A stretch of 64,000 bases of DNA. Source: Alphaproteobacteria bacterium (GTDB lineage Bacteria; Pseudomonadota; Alphaproteobacteria; RF32; CAG-239). Below are positions 20,569 to 30,396 of this stretch, one piece after another. The notes under the pieces were generated by a model. It had not been told where the DNA came from. It did no database searches and saw only the letters and a list, made by a program, of their open reading frames with translations. Location of the stretch: the NCBI GenBank assembly GCA_015062435.1, contig SUUR01000007.1, positions 275 through 64,274 of the forward strand. The letters are read 5' to 3'. The number at the start of each line of letters is the position of its first letter. Positions within the stretch are counted from its first letter, which is position 1. The position numbers were made by a program, and so were the translations under genes.

Positions 20569-22647
20569 ATGGCAAAGTTCAAAACGAATGCAGGTAAACC
20601 GTTTCCATTAGGTTCTGACTATGATGGTAATGGAGTGAACTTTGCCATATTTTCTGCTCATGCAACAAAAATAGAACTTTGTATTTTTGATGTTTCTGGT
20701 TCAGAAGAACAAGAGCGTTACCTGTTATCACAAAATGATAATAATATATGGCATATTTATCTTGAAGACGCAAAGCCTGATCTGGTATATGGTTATAGAG
20801 TTTATGGCCCATATAATCCCAATCAGGGAATGCGTTTTAATCCCAACAAGTTATTAATAGATCCTTATGGTAAAAAACTGGTAGGAAAACTTATCTGGAA
20901 CAAAGCTATATTTGGCTATGATATTGACAGTCCCGATCAAGATTTATCGTTTAGTAATTTGGATTCTGCCCCTTATGTTCCCAAGTCAGTCGTTGTTGAC
21001 GATAAATATGATTGGGGACATGAAAAACGTCCTGAATATAAGTTTGAAGATACCATAATCTATGAAACCCAATTAAGAGGTTATACCAAACTACACCCTT
21101 CAGTACCGGATTCTAAGAGAGGTACTTTTGCCGGCATGTCTGACAGTTCTGTAATAAATTATCTCAAGTGGTTGGGAGTAACAACCGTAGAATTTTTACC
21201 GATACATGCATTTTTTGGAAACCGACATAAAAAAGGGTTTATTACAGATAATTATTGGGGATATGAAAGTTTTAGTTTTTTTGCTCCGGAACAGTCATAT
21301 CTTTCCGGTAATGATATTTCAGAGATAAAAACTCTGGTAAAGAAAATGCACAATCATGGTCTGGAAGTTATTCTTGATGTTGTTTACAATCATACCGGAG
21401 AAGGCAATCATTTGGGGCCGACACTTTGTTATAGAGGAATAGATAATAGTTCATACTATGTGTTAAATTCTGAAAACCCACGTTATTACTACGATACAAC
21501 CGGCTGTGGGGCATCGTTTAATGTTCAAAATCCCTCATGTTTACGTTTGGTCATGGATTCTTTACGCTATTGGGTTGAGAAAGTTCATATTGATGGTTTT
21601 CGTTTTGATTTGGCACCTACATTATCTCGACGTAACAATTCATTTACTCAACAAAGCGGATTCTTATATGCGATAGAACAGGATCCGGTGCTAAAAAAAG
21701 TTAAAATGATTGCAGAGCCTTGGGATGTAGGTAACGGTGGTTATCAGTTAGGTGCCTTTTTACCGGGGTGGGCTGAATGGAACGATAAGTATCGAGATAA
21801 TATTCGCCGATTTTGGAAAGGAGATAAAAACCAAATAGCCGAGATTGCAAGTCGTCTTACCGGTTCCAGTGATATTTTTAATCACTCTAATCGCAGTATA
21901 TGGAGTTCCGTAAATTTTATCACTGCACATGATGGTTTTAATCTGTGTGATTTGGTCAGTTACAATCAAAAACACAATCAAAGCAATGGTGAAAACAATC
22001 GAGATGGTACGGATTCTAATTGGAGTTGGAATTCCGGTATTGAAGGAGGTACCGACAACCGGTTAATAGAAGAAAACCGTATGATGAGAAGTCGAGCAAT
22101 GCTCGCTACTTTATTAATGTCTTTTGGAACACCGATGATGGTTGCCGGCGATGAGTTTTTAAGAACACAAATGGGGAACAATAATCCCTATTGCCAAGAT
22201 AATGCACTTACTTGGATAAATTGGGAAGGCATCACTGAAAAGCACAAAAAATTTGCTTCATATGTGCGTCAATTGATAAAACTGCGTAAGAAACTTAAAA
22301 TATTTAATCGTACTAAATTTTTTGCAGGTAAACCGATTGATAAGAGTGGTTTTAAAGATATAACATGGTACACCTCACAAGGTCGAGAAATGACTAACTC
22401 CGATTGGCATAATTCGGATCTTAAAAGTTTGTCATATCTGGTGTATGATAGCCATAAATTTGTACTTATTATTTTTAATGCCAATCATCAGGAGCAAGAT
22501 TGGTTGTTGCCGATGTTGCCAGATAAATTAGAATGGAACATGGTCTTAGACAGCAGTGACGGAAAATTTATTTATGATAACTTAAAATCAGGGAAAAAAA
22601 TAAAAGTTCCGGCATGGAGCGTAATCGGTATCGAGATAAAGAAATAA
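20569..22647 (+). CDS. glgX: glycogen debranching enzyme
   Basis: VILDVVYNHTGEG, GFRFDLAPTL, IAEPWD, FITAHDGF, and the PYCQDN signature of GlgX/isoamylase. Confidence 0.95.
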   Translation: MAKFKTNAGKPFPLGSDYDGNGVNFAIFSAHATKIELCIFDVSGSEEQERYLLSQNDNNIWHIYLEDAKPDLVYGYRVYGPYNPNQGMRFNPNKLLIDPYGKKLVGKLIWNKAIFGYDIDSPDQDLSFSNLDSAPYVPKSVVVDDKYDWGHEKRPEYKFEDTIIYETQLRGYTKLHPSVPDSKRGTFAGMSDSSVINYLKWLGVTTVEFLPIHAFFGNRHKKGFITDNYWGYESFSFFAPEQSYLSGNDISEIKTLVKKMHNHGLEVILDVVYNHTGEGNHLGPTLCYRGIDNSSYYVLNSENPRYYYDTTGCGASFNVQNPSCLRLVMDSLRYWVEKVHIDGFRFDLAPTLSRRNNSFTQQSGFLYAIEQDPVLKKVKMIAEPWDVGNGGYQLGAFLPGWAEWNDKYRDNIRRFWKGDKNQIAEIASRLTGSSDIFNHSNRSIWSSVNFITAHDGFNLCDLVSYNQKHNQSNGENNRDGTDSNWSWNSGIEGGTDNRLIEENRMMRSRAMLATLLMSFGTPMMVAGDEFLRTQMGNNNPYCQDNALTWINWEGITEKHKKFASYVRQLIKLRKKLKIFNRTKFFAGKPIDKSGFKDITWYTSQGREMTNSDWHNSDLKSLSYLVYDSHKFVLIIFNANHQEQDWLLPMLPDKLEWNMVLDSSDGKFIYDNLKSGKKIKVPAWSVIGIEIKK

Positions 22648-22660
22648 GGAGATAGTACCA

Positions 22661-24784
22661 ATGTCGGATTTACATAAACTTGCAGATATGTTAGGAATTG
22701 CCACACATTTTTCCGATGCCGGTATGATACAAAAAAATTATTGTGTGAGTGAAGATGTTCTCTCCGCTATGATAAAATCTCTGGGGTTTCAATGTGATTC
22801 TGATGATGAAATAAAATCCTCAATATCTCAAGTGGAAAATCGTCGTTTAAGTATGATTCTGGAGCCGATATATATTTGTTGTCAAGATAATGTTGTATTT
22901 GACATTGTTTTGCCTGAGAATGAAAATATATCAAAAATAACCCTGAAAGATGCAAATCGTCATGTGCTTGACATCAGACTTTCCGAACAGAACAAACAAC
23001 ATTTGTCGGAGAAAAATCTTCAAAAAGTTACATATAAGATTCAAACTCCGATAGAAATAGGTTATTATGATTTAGATGTTAAGATATCAGACAAAAATTA
23101 TAAATCCAAAATAGCAATAGCTCCTCAAAAATGCTATGATATAAATTATCCCGATAAAGGTCTTTGGGGCATGGCAATTCAACTTTATTCCATAAAAAGT
23201 CATCGGAATTGGGGTGTTGGCGATTTTACAGATTTGATAAATTTAGTTGAAATATGTGCTGATTGCGGAGCCGATATAATAGGGTTAAATCCATTAAATG
23301 TCTTATGTCATGATTTTCCTGAAAATGCCAGCCCGTATCAATCTATCAGCAGATTATTTTTAAATCCGATATATATTGATATTGAAAATGTACCCGAATA
23401 TGAGCTATCAGACAAACAAATGATAGAAGGCATATTGGCAGAAGTGCGTTCCGGAGAATATATTCAATACAACAAAGTTTATCCTTTAAAAATAAAAATA
23501 CTGGAAAAATGTTATAACCGATTTAGAGAACAAAAGTTATCTTCTCGAAAAGAAGAGTATAACAGTTTCTGCCGAGAACGAGGAGCAGATTTGGATAACT
23601 TGGCATTATTTCAATGTATTTATGAGAGTGAAAACTCCAAAGTTTGGGGTGGATGGAGAGCTTGGCCACAAGGATTACGTTCTCCGCAAGGAGCAGAAAT
23701 TCCTGATTACATAGAACAACATCAGGAGAGAATAGAATTTTTCAAGTTTATGCAGTTTGAAGCATCACGTCAATTTGATGAAGTAAAAAAGAAAATAGAT
23801 GAAAAAGGGCTAAAAATAGGATTATATCGAGATTTAGCCGTTGGTGTAGGTAAAGACAGTGCTGAATACTGGGGAAATACAAAATTGTTTATCCCTCATT
23901 GTGGTGCCGGAGCTCCTCCGGATGCCTTTTTTCCATGTGGACAACAATGGGGTTTGGGAGCTTTTTCTCCATTGGAATTAAAAGAACAAGGATATGAGCC
24001 GTTTATAAAAATATTGCGTTCAAATATGAAGAATGCCGGAGCTCTGCGAATGGATCATGTTATGAGCCTCATGCGATTATTTATCATTCCGGATAAAGGA
24101 GAATGTGGCACATACTTATATTATAATTTTCAGGATATGTTGAACATTGTAGCTTTAGAAAGTACGCTTAACAAATGTATCATTGTTGGAGAGAGCATAG
24201 GTAATGTTCCTGAAGGCTTTATTGATACTATCAGTAATCGAGATATCCATTCATTGAGTGTTTTGTGGTCAGAAAGATCTCACGCCGGTTGGGGGGGATT
24301 CTATGCACCACAAGATTATCCTAAAGATGCATTTGTTTCAATTGGCACGCATGATATGGCTCCGTTGAAAATGTGGTGGTTCGGTTATGATATAGAATTG
24401 GCCTATACATTAGAGATGATTGATGATAATTCCAAAAAAGAAGCTTATCATAAGCGAGAAACCGATAGAGGTTTATTACTCAGTTCACTTGATGCCGCTG
24501 ATGTATGGCCAAAGGACAAACCTCGTCACAATAATTATATATATGGAGAAGGTTATCCTGAGGGGATTGAAGAAGCCGTTAATCGTTATATGTCAAAAAG
24601 TTCGTCAAAGGTGTTTTTAGCACAATTAGAGGATTTTTTGCATGTTAGTAAACAGCAAAATCTTCCGGGTACAGACAGAGATAAGCACCCCAATTGGAGG
24701 TTGAAACTTCCTGTAAATCTTGAAGATTTGAAAAATGATTGTGCTTTTATTCGTAACGTTTCAGCCATCAGAAAAGAAAGATAA
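22661..24784 (+). CDS. malQ: 4-alpha-glucanotransferase (amylomaltase, long form)
   Basis: GH77 core (WGVGDFTDL, GLYRDLAVGV, GALRMDHVMSL, GTHDMAP) with an N-terminal extension of ~150 aa. RBS AAGGAG. Confidence 0.93.
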   Translation: MSDLHKLADMLGIATHFSDAGMIQKNYCVSEDVLSAMIKSLGFQCDSDDEIKSSISQVENRRLSMILEPIYICCQDNVVFDIVLPENENISKITLKDANRHVLDIRLSEQNKQHLSEKNLQKVTYKIQTPIEIGYYDLDVKISDKNYKSKIAIAPQKCYDINYPDKGLWGMAIQLYSIKSHRNWGVGDFTDLINLVEICADCGADIIGLNPLNVLCHDFPENASPYQSISRLFLNPIYIDIENVPEYELSDKQMIEGILAEVRSGEYIQYNKVYPLKIKILEKCYNRFREQKLSSRKEEYNSFCRERGADLDNLALFQCIYESENSKVWGGWRAWPQGLRSPQGAEIPDYIEQHQERIEFFKFMQFEASRQFDEVKKKIDEKGLKIGLYRDLAVGVGKDSAEYWGNTKLFIPHCGAGAPPDAFFPCGQQWGLGAFSPLELKEQGYEPFIKILRSNMKNAGALRMDHVMSLMRLFIIPDKGECGTYLYYNFQDMLNIVALESTLNKCIIVGESIGNVPEGFIDTISNRDIHSLSVLWSERSHAGWGGFYAPQDYPKDAFVSIGTHDMAPLKMWWFGYDIELAYTLEMIDDNSKKEAYHKRETDRGLLLSSLDAADVWPKDKPRHNNYIYGEGYPEGIEEAVNRYMSKSSSKVFLAQLEDFLHVSKQQNLPGTDRDKHPNWRLKLPVNLEDLKNDCAFIRNVSAIRKER

Positions 24785-25423
24785 ATGATAAAGAATTTAA
24801 TTTTTGATTTAGACGGAACGTTATATCCTATAAGTTCCGGATTAGAGACAGAATGCCAACAAAGAGTGTATGATTTTTTTTCACTGAAGCTATCAGTAAG
24901 TAAATCTGATGCACAAAATATTTCTAAACAATTATTGCAAAAATATCATTATGAAGCACAAGGTGTTGAAAAAGAATTAGGTATTTCGCAAGAAGAATTT
25001 CTGGAATACATATGTGCCGTAAGCACAGATAACTTGTCTCCCAATTATGAACTGAATAAACAATTGTCACAATTGCCTCAGCGTAAGATTATATACACAG
25101 ATAGTACATTTTCACATGTTAGAGATGTTTTAAATAAAACAGAGGTAGATATCAACTTATTTGCAGATATATACGATGCAGCAAAAGGAAACTTTCAATA
25201 TAAATTAAACGCAAATGCTTTCATTAATTTTTGCAATTATTATAAAATAATTCCTTCTGAAAGTATATTTTTTGAAGATCGACAATATAACATATCTTTA
25301 GCCAAATCCGTAGGTTTTAAAACAGTGTTTATTGATGAAGATGAGCAAAATTGTAAAGATGCTGATTATAATTTTAAGTCAATTAATCAGGCATTAATAT
25401 TTCTGAAAGATTATTTGTTATAA
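24785..25423 (+). CDS. HAD-IA hydrolase, pyrimidine 5'-nucleotidase (SDT1)-like
   Basis: Motif I FDLDGTLY, motif II IIYTDS, downstream K and FFEDR. The start abuts the malQ stop. The true substrate could be a sugar phosphate. Confidence 0.7.
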   Translation: MIKNLIFDLDGTLYPISSGLETECQQRVYDFFSLKLSVSKSDAQNISKQLLQKYHYEAQGVEKELGISQEEFLEYICAVSTDNLSPNYELNKQLSQLPQRKIIYTDSTFSHVRDVLNKTEVDINLFADIYDAAKGNFQYKLNANAFINFCNYYKIIPSESIFFEDRQYNISLAKSVGFKTVFIDEDEQNCKDADYNFKSINQALIFLKDYLL

Positions 25424-25486
25424 TATAGAAAAAGTTTAGAAAAAACTTATATAAAAGATATATAACTGATTGCAAAGATAACACCA

Positions 25487-26038
25487 ATGAAGAAAATTAT
25501 ATTTATAATAACTTTAATTTTTTCCTTTCCTGCTCAAGCAGGTCTAAGCGAATATCTTGAGCAGTTAAAAACAGATGTATCTGCCACATGGTCATCATCA
25601 AAATATGATGTTTATATACCGTTATACGCATGGCATAATCGCCTGACATATGATGATGAGCATATTGATAAATATAATGAAAATCCATGGGGATTTGGAA
25701 TTGGTAAATCTTATTATGATAAAGATGGTGATTGGCATGGTTTATATGGAATGGCATTTAAGGACTCCAATAAACACCTTGAAACATTTTTCGGATATGC
25801 TTTTATGAAAAATTGGACATTAGATTCAGATGGTGATTTTAAAATAGGTATAGGCTATACCTTAGGACTGACACAGAGAAGTGAATGGTACTATCTTCCT
25901 GTTCCGGCTCCATTACCCATTGCTGGTATTGAATATAAAAATATTGCAATCCAAGCCGCCTATGTGCCCGGTGTAAAAAATGACGGAAACGTTTTATTTG
26001 TTTGGACAAAAATACCGCTATATCAATTGAATGATTGA
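25487..26038 (+). CDS. pagP: lipid A palmitoyltransferase PagP-like outer-membrane enzyme
   Basis: Signal peptide. YDVYIPLYAWHNRLTYDDEHIDKYNENPWGFGIG...WHGLYGMAFKDSN...YVPG...GNVLFVW is collinear with E. coli PagP as I remember it, including the catalytic His and Asp-Ser positions. Confidence 0.8.
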   Translation: MKKIIFIITLIFSFPAQAGLSEYLEQLKTDVSATWSSSKYDVYIPLYAWHNRLTYDDEHIDKYNENPWGFGIGKSYYDKDGDWHGLYGMAFKDSNKHLETFFGYAFMKNWTLDSDGDFKIGIGYTLGLTQRSEWYYLPVPAPLPIAGIEYKNIAIQAAYVPGVKNDGNVLFVWTKIPLYQLND

Positions 26039-26127
26039 CAGAAAAGACATAAGTCTAAAAAAAACTTGCTATTTTTCAAAAATATGCTAATAAAAAGGCC
26101 TATGCTAAATTTTAGTTAGAGGAAAAA

Positions 26128-27006
26128 ATGGCTGAAATTAAAACTTTTTATCCGCAAAAAACGGTCAAAATCGGCAATTTTGAAATAGGAAATGAATTGC
26201 CGTTGTCTCTTTTATGCGGTCCATGTCAGATAGAAAGTCGCCAACATGCTATTGATATATGTGGTGCAATGTCTGAAATTACTCGTAAACTTGGTATGAA
26301 CTATGTATTTAAGGCTTCTTTCGATAAAGCTAATCGTACTTCTATAAACGGAGCACGTGGTGTTGGCATGGAAGAAGGCATGCGTACCTTTGATGAAATT
26401 AAAAAACTTTATAACAATATCCCGATAGTAACAGATATTCATGAAGTATGGCAGTGTGACGAAGTTGCCAAGCATGTTGATATGTTGCAAATTCCTGCAT
26501 TTTTATGTCGCCAAACAGATCTGGTTGTTGCTGCTGCTAAAACAGGCAAAGTAGTAAACGTTAAAAAAGGTCAGTTTTTGGCACCTTGGGATGTTGCCAA
26601 TATTGTTAAAAAAGTTACAGATAGCGGAAACGAAAATGTTTGCATCACTGAACGAGGAACATCTTTCGGATACAATACATTGGTAGTTGATATGCGCGGT
26701 TTCCCGCAAATGGCTCAAGCTACCGGATGTCCGGTTATTTTTGATGCCACTCACTCAGTACAACAACCCGGTGGTCATGGTACATCAACCGGTGGACAAA
26801 GAGAATTTGCTCCGGTTTTGGCACGTGCAGCTGTTGCTGTTGGTATTGCATCTGTGTTTATCGAAACTCACGAAAATCCGGACAAAGCATTATCAGATGG
26901 TCCTAATACCATTCCTTTGCATGATATGGAAGGTGTGTTGTCCGAACTTATGGAATATGATGCCATAACTAAGAAAAACCAACTTAGAAAGGCTAAAGCC
27001 GTATAA
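26128..27006 (+). CDS. kdsA: 3-deoxy-8-phosphooctulonate (KDO8P) synthase
   Basis: GPCQIES, FKASFDKANRTS, IPAFLCRQTDL, DATHSVQQPGG. Confidence 0.95.
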   Translation: MAEIKTFYPQKTVKIGNFEIGNELPLSLLCGPCQIESRQHAIDICGAMSEITRKLGMNYVFKASFDKANRTSINGARGVGMEEGMRTFDEIKKLYNNIPIVTDIHEVWQCDEVAKHVDMLQIPAFLCRQTDLVVAAAKTGKVVNVKKGQFLAPWDVANIVKKVTDSGNENVCITERGTSFGYNTLVVDMRGFPQMAQATGCPVIFDATHSVQQPGGHGTSTGGQREFAPVLARAAVAVGIASVFIETHENPDKALSDGPNTIPLHDMEGVLSELMEYDAITKKNQLRKAKAV

Positions 27007-27031
27007 TAGATAAAAGAACTTAATGATTGAC

Positions 27032-27066
27032 ACAGGCGGATATAAAATCCGCCTGTTCTTTTTTGA
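27032..27066 (+). terminator. rho-independent terminator of kdsA
   Basis: ACAGGCGGAT-ATAAA-ATCCGCCTGT followed by TCTTTTTTTG. Confidence 0.75.
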
Positions 27067-27120
27067 TTAAAAAAGCTTTTTATTTGACCTTTATAGTTCA
27101 ATGTACTAACTTATTACATT

Positions 27121-27837
27121 ATGAAGTTTACAGATGAAGGCTATATAATCAATCTCTGCAAGCATGGAGAACGCTCACTGATACTTACCGTATTAACTCA
27201 AAATCACGGTAAAATAGTCGGTTATGTCAAGAACTGTCTTTCTAAAAAGAATTTATCAACATATCAACTCGGAAATCATATAAAAATAGATGCATATTCT
27301 CGTTTAGATGAAAATATGCCTACATTTAGAGTAGAGCTTATAACTCCGAGTGCTGTATTTTTTATGCAACAAGAAAGTAAATTACATGCGTTAAGTTCTT
27401 TTTGTGCACTGAGTAATATTTGTATGCCTGAATTTCAAGATATTGAAAATTTTTATATCATAGTAGCTGATTTTTTTAACGGCATAAATACTGAAAATTG
27501 GCTAAAATATTATGTTTTTTTTGAATTTCATCTATTGGAGTTTTTAGGTATAGGTCTTGATTTGTCAGAATGTTCTGCCACCGGCACAACTCAGAATCTT
27601 GCATATGTTTCTCCCAAAACCGGCAAAGCTGTATGTCAAGAAGCTGGAGAACCGTATAAAAACAGATTGTACTTATATCCGAAATTCATTTTAGATAAAA
27701 GCATCATACCGGATTCGTTGTCATTAATCGACGCATTAAAAATGACTTCTTTTTTCCTCAATAAAAATTTTTTTGCCGTACACGGCTTGAAATTTCCAAA
27801 ATGTCGTGATAATCTCGCAACCAATATATATAAGTAA
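27121..27837 (+). CDS. recO: DNA repair protein RecO
   Basis: 238 aa. The N-terminal OB-fold region (DEGYIINLCKHGERSLILTVLTQNHGKIVGYVK) resembles alphaproteobacterial RecO. A Cys-containing motif (CSATG...) sits in the C-terminal half. Confidence 0.8.
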   Translation: MKFTDEGYIINLCKHGERSLILTVLTQNHGKIVGYVKNCLSKKNLSTYQLGNHIKIDAYSRLDENMPTFRVELITPSAVFFMQQESKLHALSSFCALSNICMPEFQDIENFYIIVADFFNGINTENWLKYYVFFEFHLLEFLGIGLDLSECSATGTTQNLAYVSPKTGKAVCQEAGEPYKNRLYLYPKFILDKSIIPDSLSLIDALKMTSFFLNKNFFAVHGLKFPKCRDNLATNIYK

Positions 27838-27859
27838 AGGCACTAAACAGGAATAAAAA

Positions 27860-30082
27860 ATGGCCGAAATTGAAGAAAGAATAAAACCCGTTGCTATGGC
27901 GGAAGAACTTAGTTCTCGATACTTGTCATATGCTATGTCAACCATAGTTTCCCGTTCATTACCAGATGTAAGAGACGGATTAAAGCCTGTTCATCGTCGT
28001 TTGATGTTTGCTATGCGTCAATTACACCTTGATCCTAAATCAGGATTTAAAAAATGTGCACGTGTTGTCGGAGATGTTATTGGTAAATATCACCCGCATG
28101 GTGATAGTGCTGTTTATCAGGCTATGGCACGTTTAGCGCAAGACTTTTCTGTCAGATATCCGCTTGTAGACGGGCAAGGTAACTTTGGAAATATAGATGG
28201 TGATGGCCCTGCCGCCATGCGATATACAGAAGCCAGATTAACCGAGTTTGCCATAGCTCTTATGGAAGGTTTAAATGATGATGCCGTTGATTTCAGAGAT
28301 ACTTATGACGGTGAAGAGTGTGAACCGGTTGTAATGCCGGCAGCAGTTCCTAATTTACTTTGTAACGGTACATCAGGTATTGCGGTAGGAATGGCCACAA
28401 ACATTCCGCCACATAACTTGTCTGAAGTATGTGATGCTTTACTTTTGCTTATCGATAAACCGGATGTGGAAATAGAACCGTTAGTCAGAAAATTAAAAGG
28501 TCCTGATTTTCCGACAGGAGGAGTTATCGTTGATAAGTTTGGTACAATATTAGATGCCTATAAACAGGGAAGAGGCAATTTTCGTATTCGAGCCAAATGG
28601 GAAAAAGAAGATCTCGGAATGGGACAATATCAAATTATTGTAACAGAGATTCCTTATCAGGTGGTAAAGTCAAAATTAATTGAAAAAATAGCTCAATTAT
28701 TGATAGATAAAAAAGTCCCGCTTTTAGCTGATGTCAGAGATGAGTCTGCTCAAGATGTCAGAATTGTTTTGGAACCCAAAAATCGCAATGTCGACGCCAA
28801 TATGTTGATGGAGCTTTTGTTTAAGCAAACTGAACTTGAAAGTAAGTTTGCTCTAAACATGAATGTTCTTGATTCTGACGGAGTACCCAGAGTTATGAGC
28901 ATTAAAGAGGTTTTGGGAGAATATTTACGCCATAGGTTAAATGTTTTGGAACGTCGTTCTAACTATCGTTTGCAAAAAATAAATGCCCGATTGGAAATTT
29001 TATCCGGCTATCTGATTGCGTATCTTAACTTAGATGAAATTATCCGCATTATCAGAGAAGAAGATGAGCCCAAAACGGTTATGATGAATAAGTTCAGCTT
29101 AACCGAAAATCAAGCAGAGGCGATTCTCAATATGAAATTGCGCAGTTTACGTAAATTGGAAGAAAACGAGATACGCAAGGAATATGATGATTTAAGCGCA
29201 GAAAAGGAAACACTGGAAACTTTGTTGTCAAATGAGGGATTGCGTTGGCAAAAAGTTGCTGAAGAAATAAAATTCGTAAGGGAAAAGTTTGGCAAAAAAA
29301 CAGCTCTTGGCAAGCGTAGAACCGAGTTTGCGGAAGTTGCCGATGATATTGAAATATCAATTGAAGCATTAGTTGAAAAAGAGCCTATTACCGTAATTTT
29401 GTCACAAAAAGGTTGGATACGTTGTACCAAAGGGCATAGTTCTTTAACAGATGAATTTAAGTTTAAGGATGATGATACCTTGCTTATGGCAATACATGCT
29501 CAAACCACAGATAAAATTGTTTTACTTGATAATTCCGGTAAGTTTTTTAACATATCAGCTTCAGAAATTCCCAGTGGCAGAGGCTTTGGTCAGCCACTTC
29601 GTCTGATGATTGATTTGGGTAATAATGATAACATTGTAGATATGTTTGTATTTGATTCTTCTGCCAAATATCTGATTGCTTCTAATTCAGGCAGAGGATT
29701 TATTGTTGATGAAAATCATATTATTGCCCAAACTCGTAATGGACGTAAAATTATGAATGTTGCCAATGGCGAATACGTTGTATTTTGCAAGAAGATGGTT
29801 GGAGATATGGTTGCAACCATTGGAGATAATCGTAAACTTTTGGTCTTTAAGGCAGAGGAAATTCCTACAATGGCCAGAGGTCATGGTGTGTTACTTCAAA
29901 AATACAAAGATGGTGGTTTATCAGACATTCAAATTTTTAATGAAACAGATGGCTTTACTTATACCAGAGCCGGAGGAACAAAAACTGAAACAGATTTGTT
30001 AACATGGCTTGGACACAGAGCTCAAGTTGGAAAACTTGCTCCTTTTGGTTTTCCAAAAAGCAACAAATTTTTGAAGGATTAG
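27860..30082 (+). CDS. parC: DNA topoisomerase IV subunit A
   Basis: DGLKPVHRRL, GKYHPHGDSAVY, catalytic AAMRYTE. At 740 aa and with no GyrA-box in the C-terminal domain, ParC is favoured over GyrA. Confidence 0.92.
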   Translation: MAEIEERIKPVAMAEELSSRYLSYAMSTIVSRSLPDVRDGLKPVHRRLMFAMRQLHLDPKSGFKKCARVVGDVIGKYHPHGDSAVYQAMARLAQDFSVRYPLVDGQGNFGNIDGDGPAAMRYTEARLTEFAIALMEGLNDDAVDFRDTYDGEECEPVVMPAAVPNLLCNGTSGIAVGMATNIPPHNLSEVCDALLLLIDKPDVEIEPLVRKLKGPDFPTGGVIVDKFGTILDAYKQGRGNFRIRAKWEKEDLGMGQYQIIVTEIPYQVVKSKLIEKIAQLLIDKKVPLLADVRDESAQDVRIVLEPKNRNVDANMLMELLFKQTELESKFALNMNVLDSDGVPRVMSIKEVLGEYLRHRLNVLERRSNYRLQKINARLEILSGYLIAYLNLDEIIRIIREEDEPKTVMMNKFSLTENQAEAILNMKLRSLRKLEENEIRKEYDDLSAEKETLETLLSNEGLRWQKVAEEIKFVREKFGKKTALGKRRTEFAEVADDIEISIEALVEKEPITVILSQKGWIRCTKGHSSLTDEFKFKDDDTLLMAIHAQTTDKIVLLDNSGKFFNISASEIPSGRGFGQPLRLMIDLGNNDNIVDMFVFDSSAKYLIASNSGRGFIVDENHIIAQTRNGRKIMNVANGEYVVFCKKMVGDMVATIGDNRKLLVFKAEEIPTMARGHGVLLQKYKDGGLSDIQIFNETDGFTYTRAGGTKTETDLLTWLGHRAQVGKLAPFGFPKSNKFLKD

Positions 30083-30089
30083 ACATTTT

Positions 30090-30269
30090 ATGTCGGAAAT
30101 ACTTTTTGAATATATTCGTCAAGGGAGTTATGTCAAAGTAACAGCTATTGAACCGGAAACAAAAACAGAAGCCAGCGTAGTAGTTCCGGCAAGTCTGAAT
30201 CAAGAACAAATGAATCTTCAAGCTTTGCAAAAATTAAATTATGTATTGCGTAAAAAAGTAGAAGAATAG
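30090..30269 (+). CDS. small conserved-looking protein (59 aa, below the ORF-track cutoff)
   Basis: Hand translation: MSEILFEYIRQGSYVKVTAIEPETKTEASVVVPASLNQEQMNLQALQKLNYVLRKKVEE. Starts 7 nt after the parC stop. Resembles small alphaproteobacterial proteins I recall with an ...VKVTAIDP.TG.E..I.GP pattern. Confidence 0.45.
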   Translation: MSEILFEYIRQGSYVKVTAIEPETKTEASVVVPASLNQEQMNLQALQKLNYVLRKKVEE

Positions 30270-30396
30270 TTTACGATAATTCATTTAGTTATCTGTGGAT
30301 AAGTAGATAAGATAACATCAAAGTATTTTCAAATTGAAAATAATGTATTAACATCAACACAGCCTGAGAATAGGCTGGGGAATATTATTTATCAAA

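Noticed and set aside
30294-30302. Perfect DnaA box (TGTGGATAA = TTATCCACA) within a TTATC-N4-GATAA palindrome upstream of the giant coiled-coil gene
   Set aside because: It is a single box with no cluster, no AT-rich unwinding element pattern and no origin-linked genes, so it is not an origin. It might be a regulatory DnaA site or a chance match.
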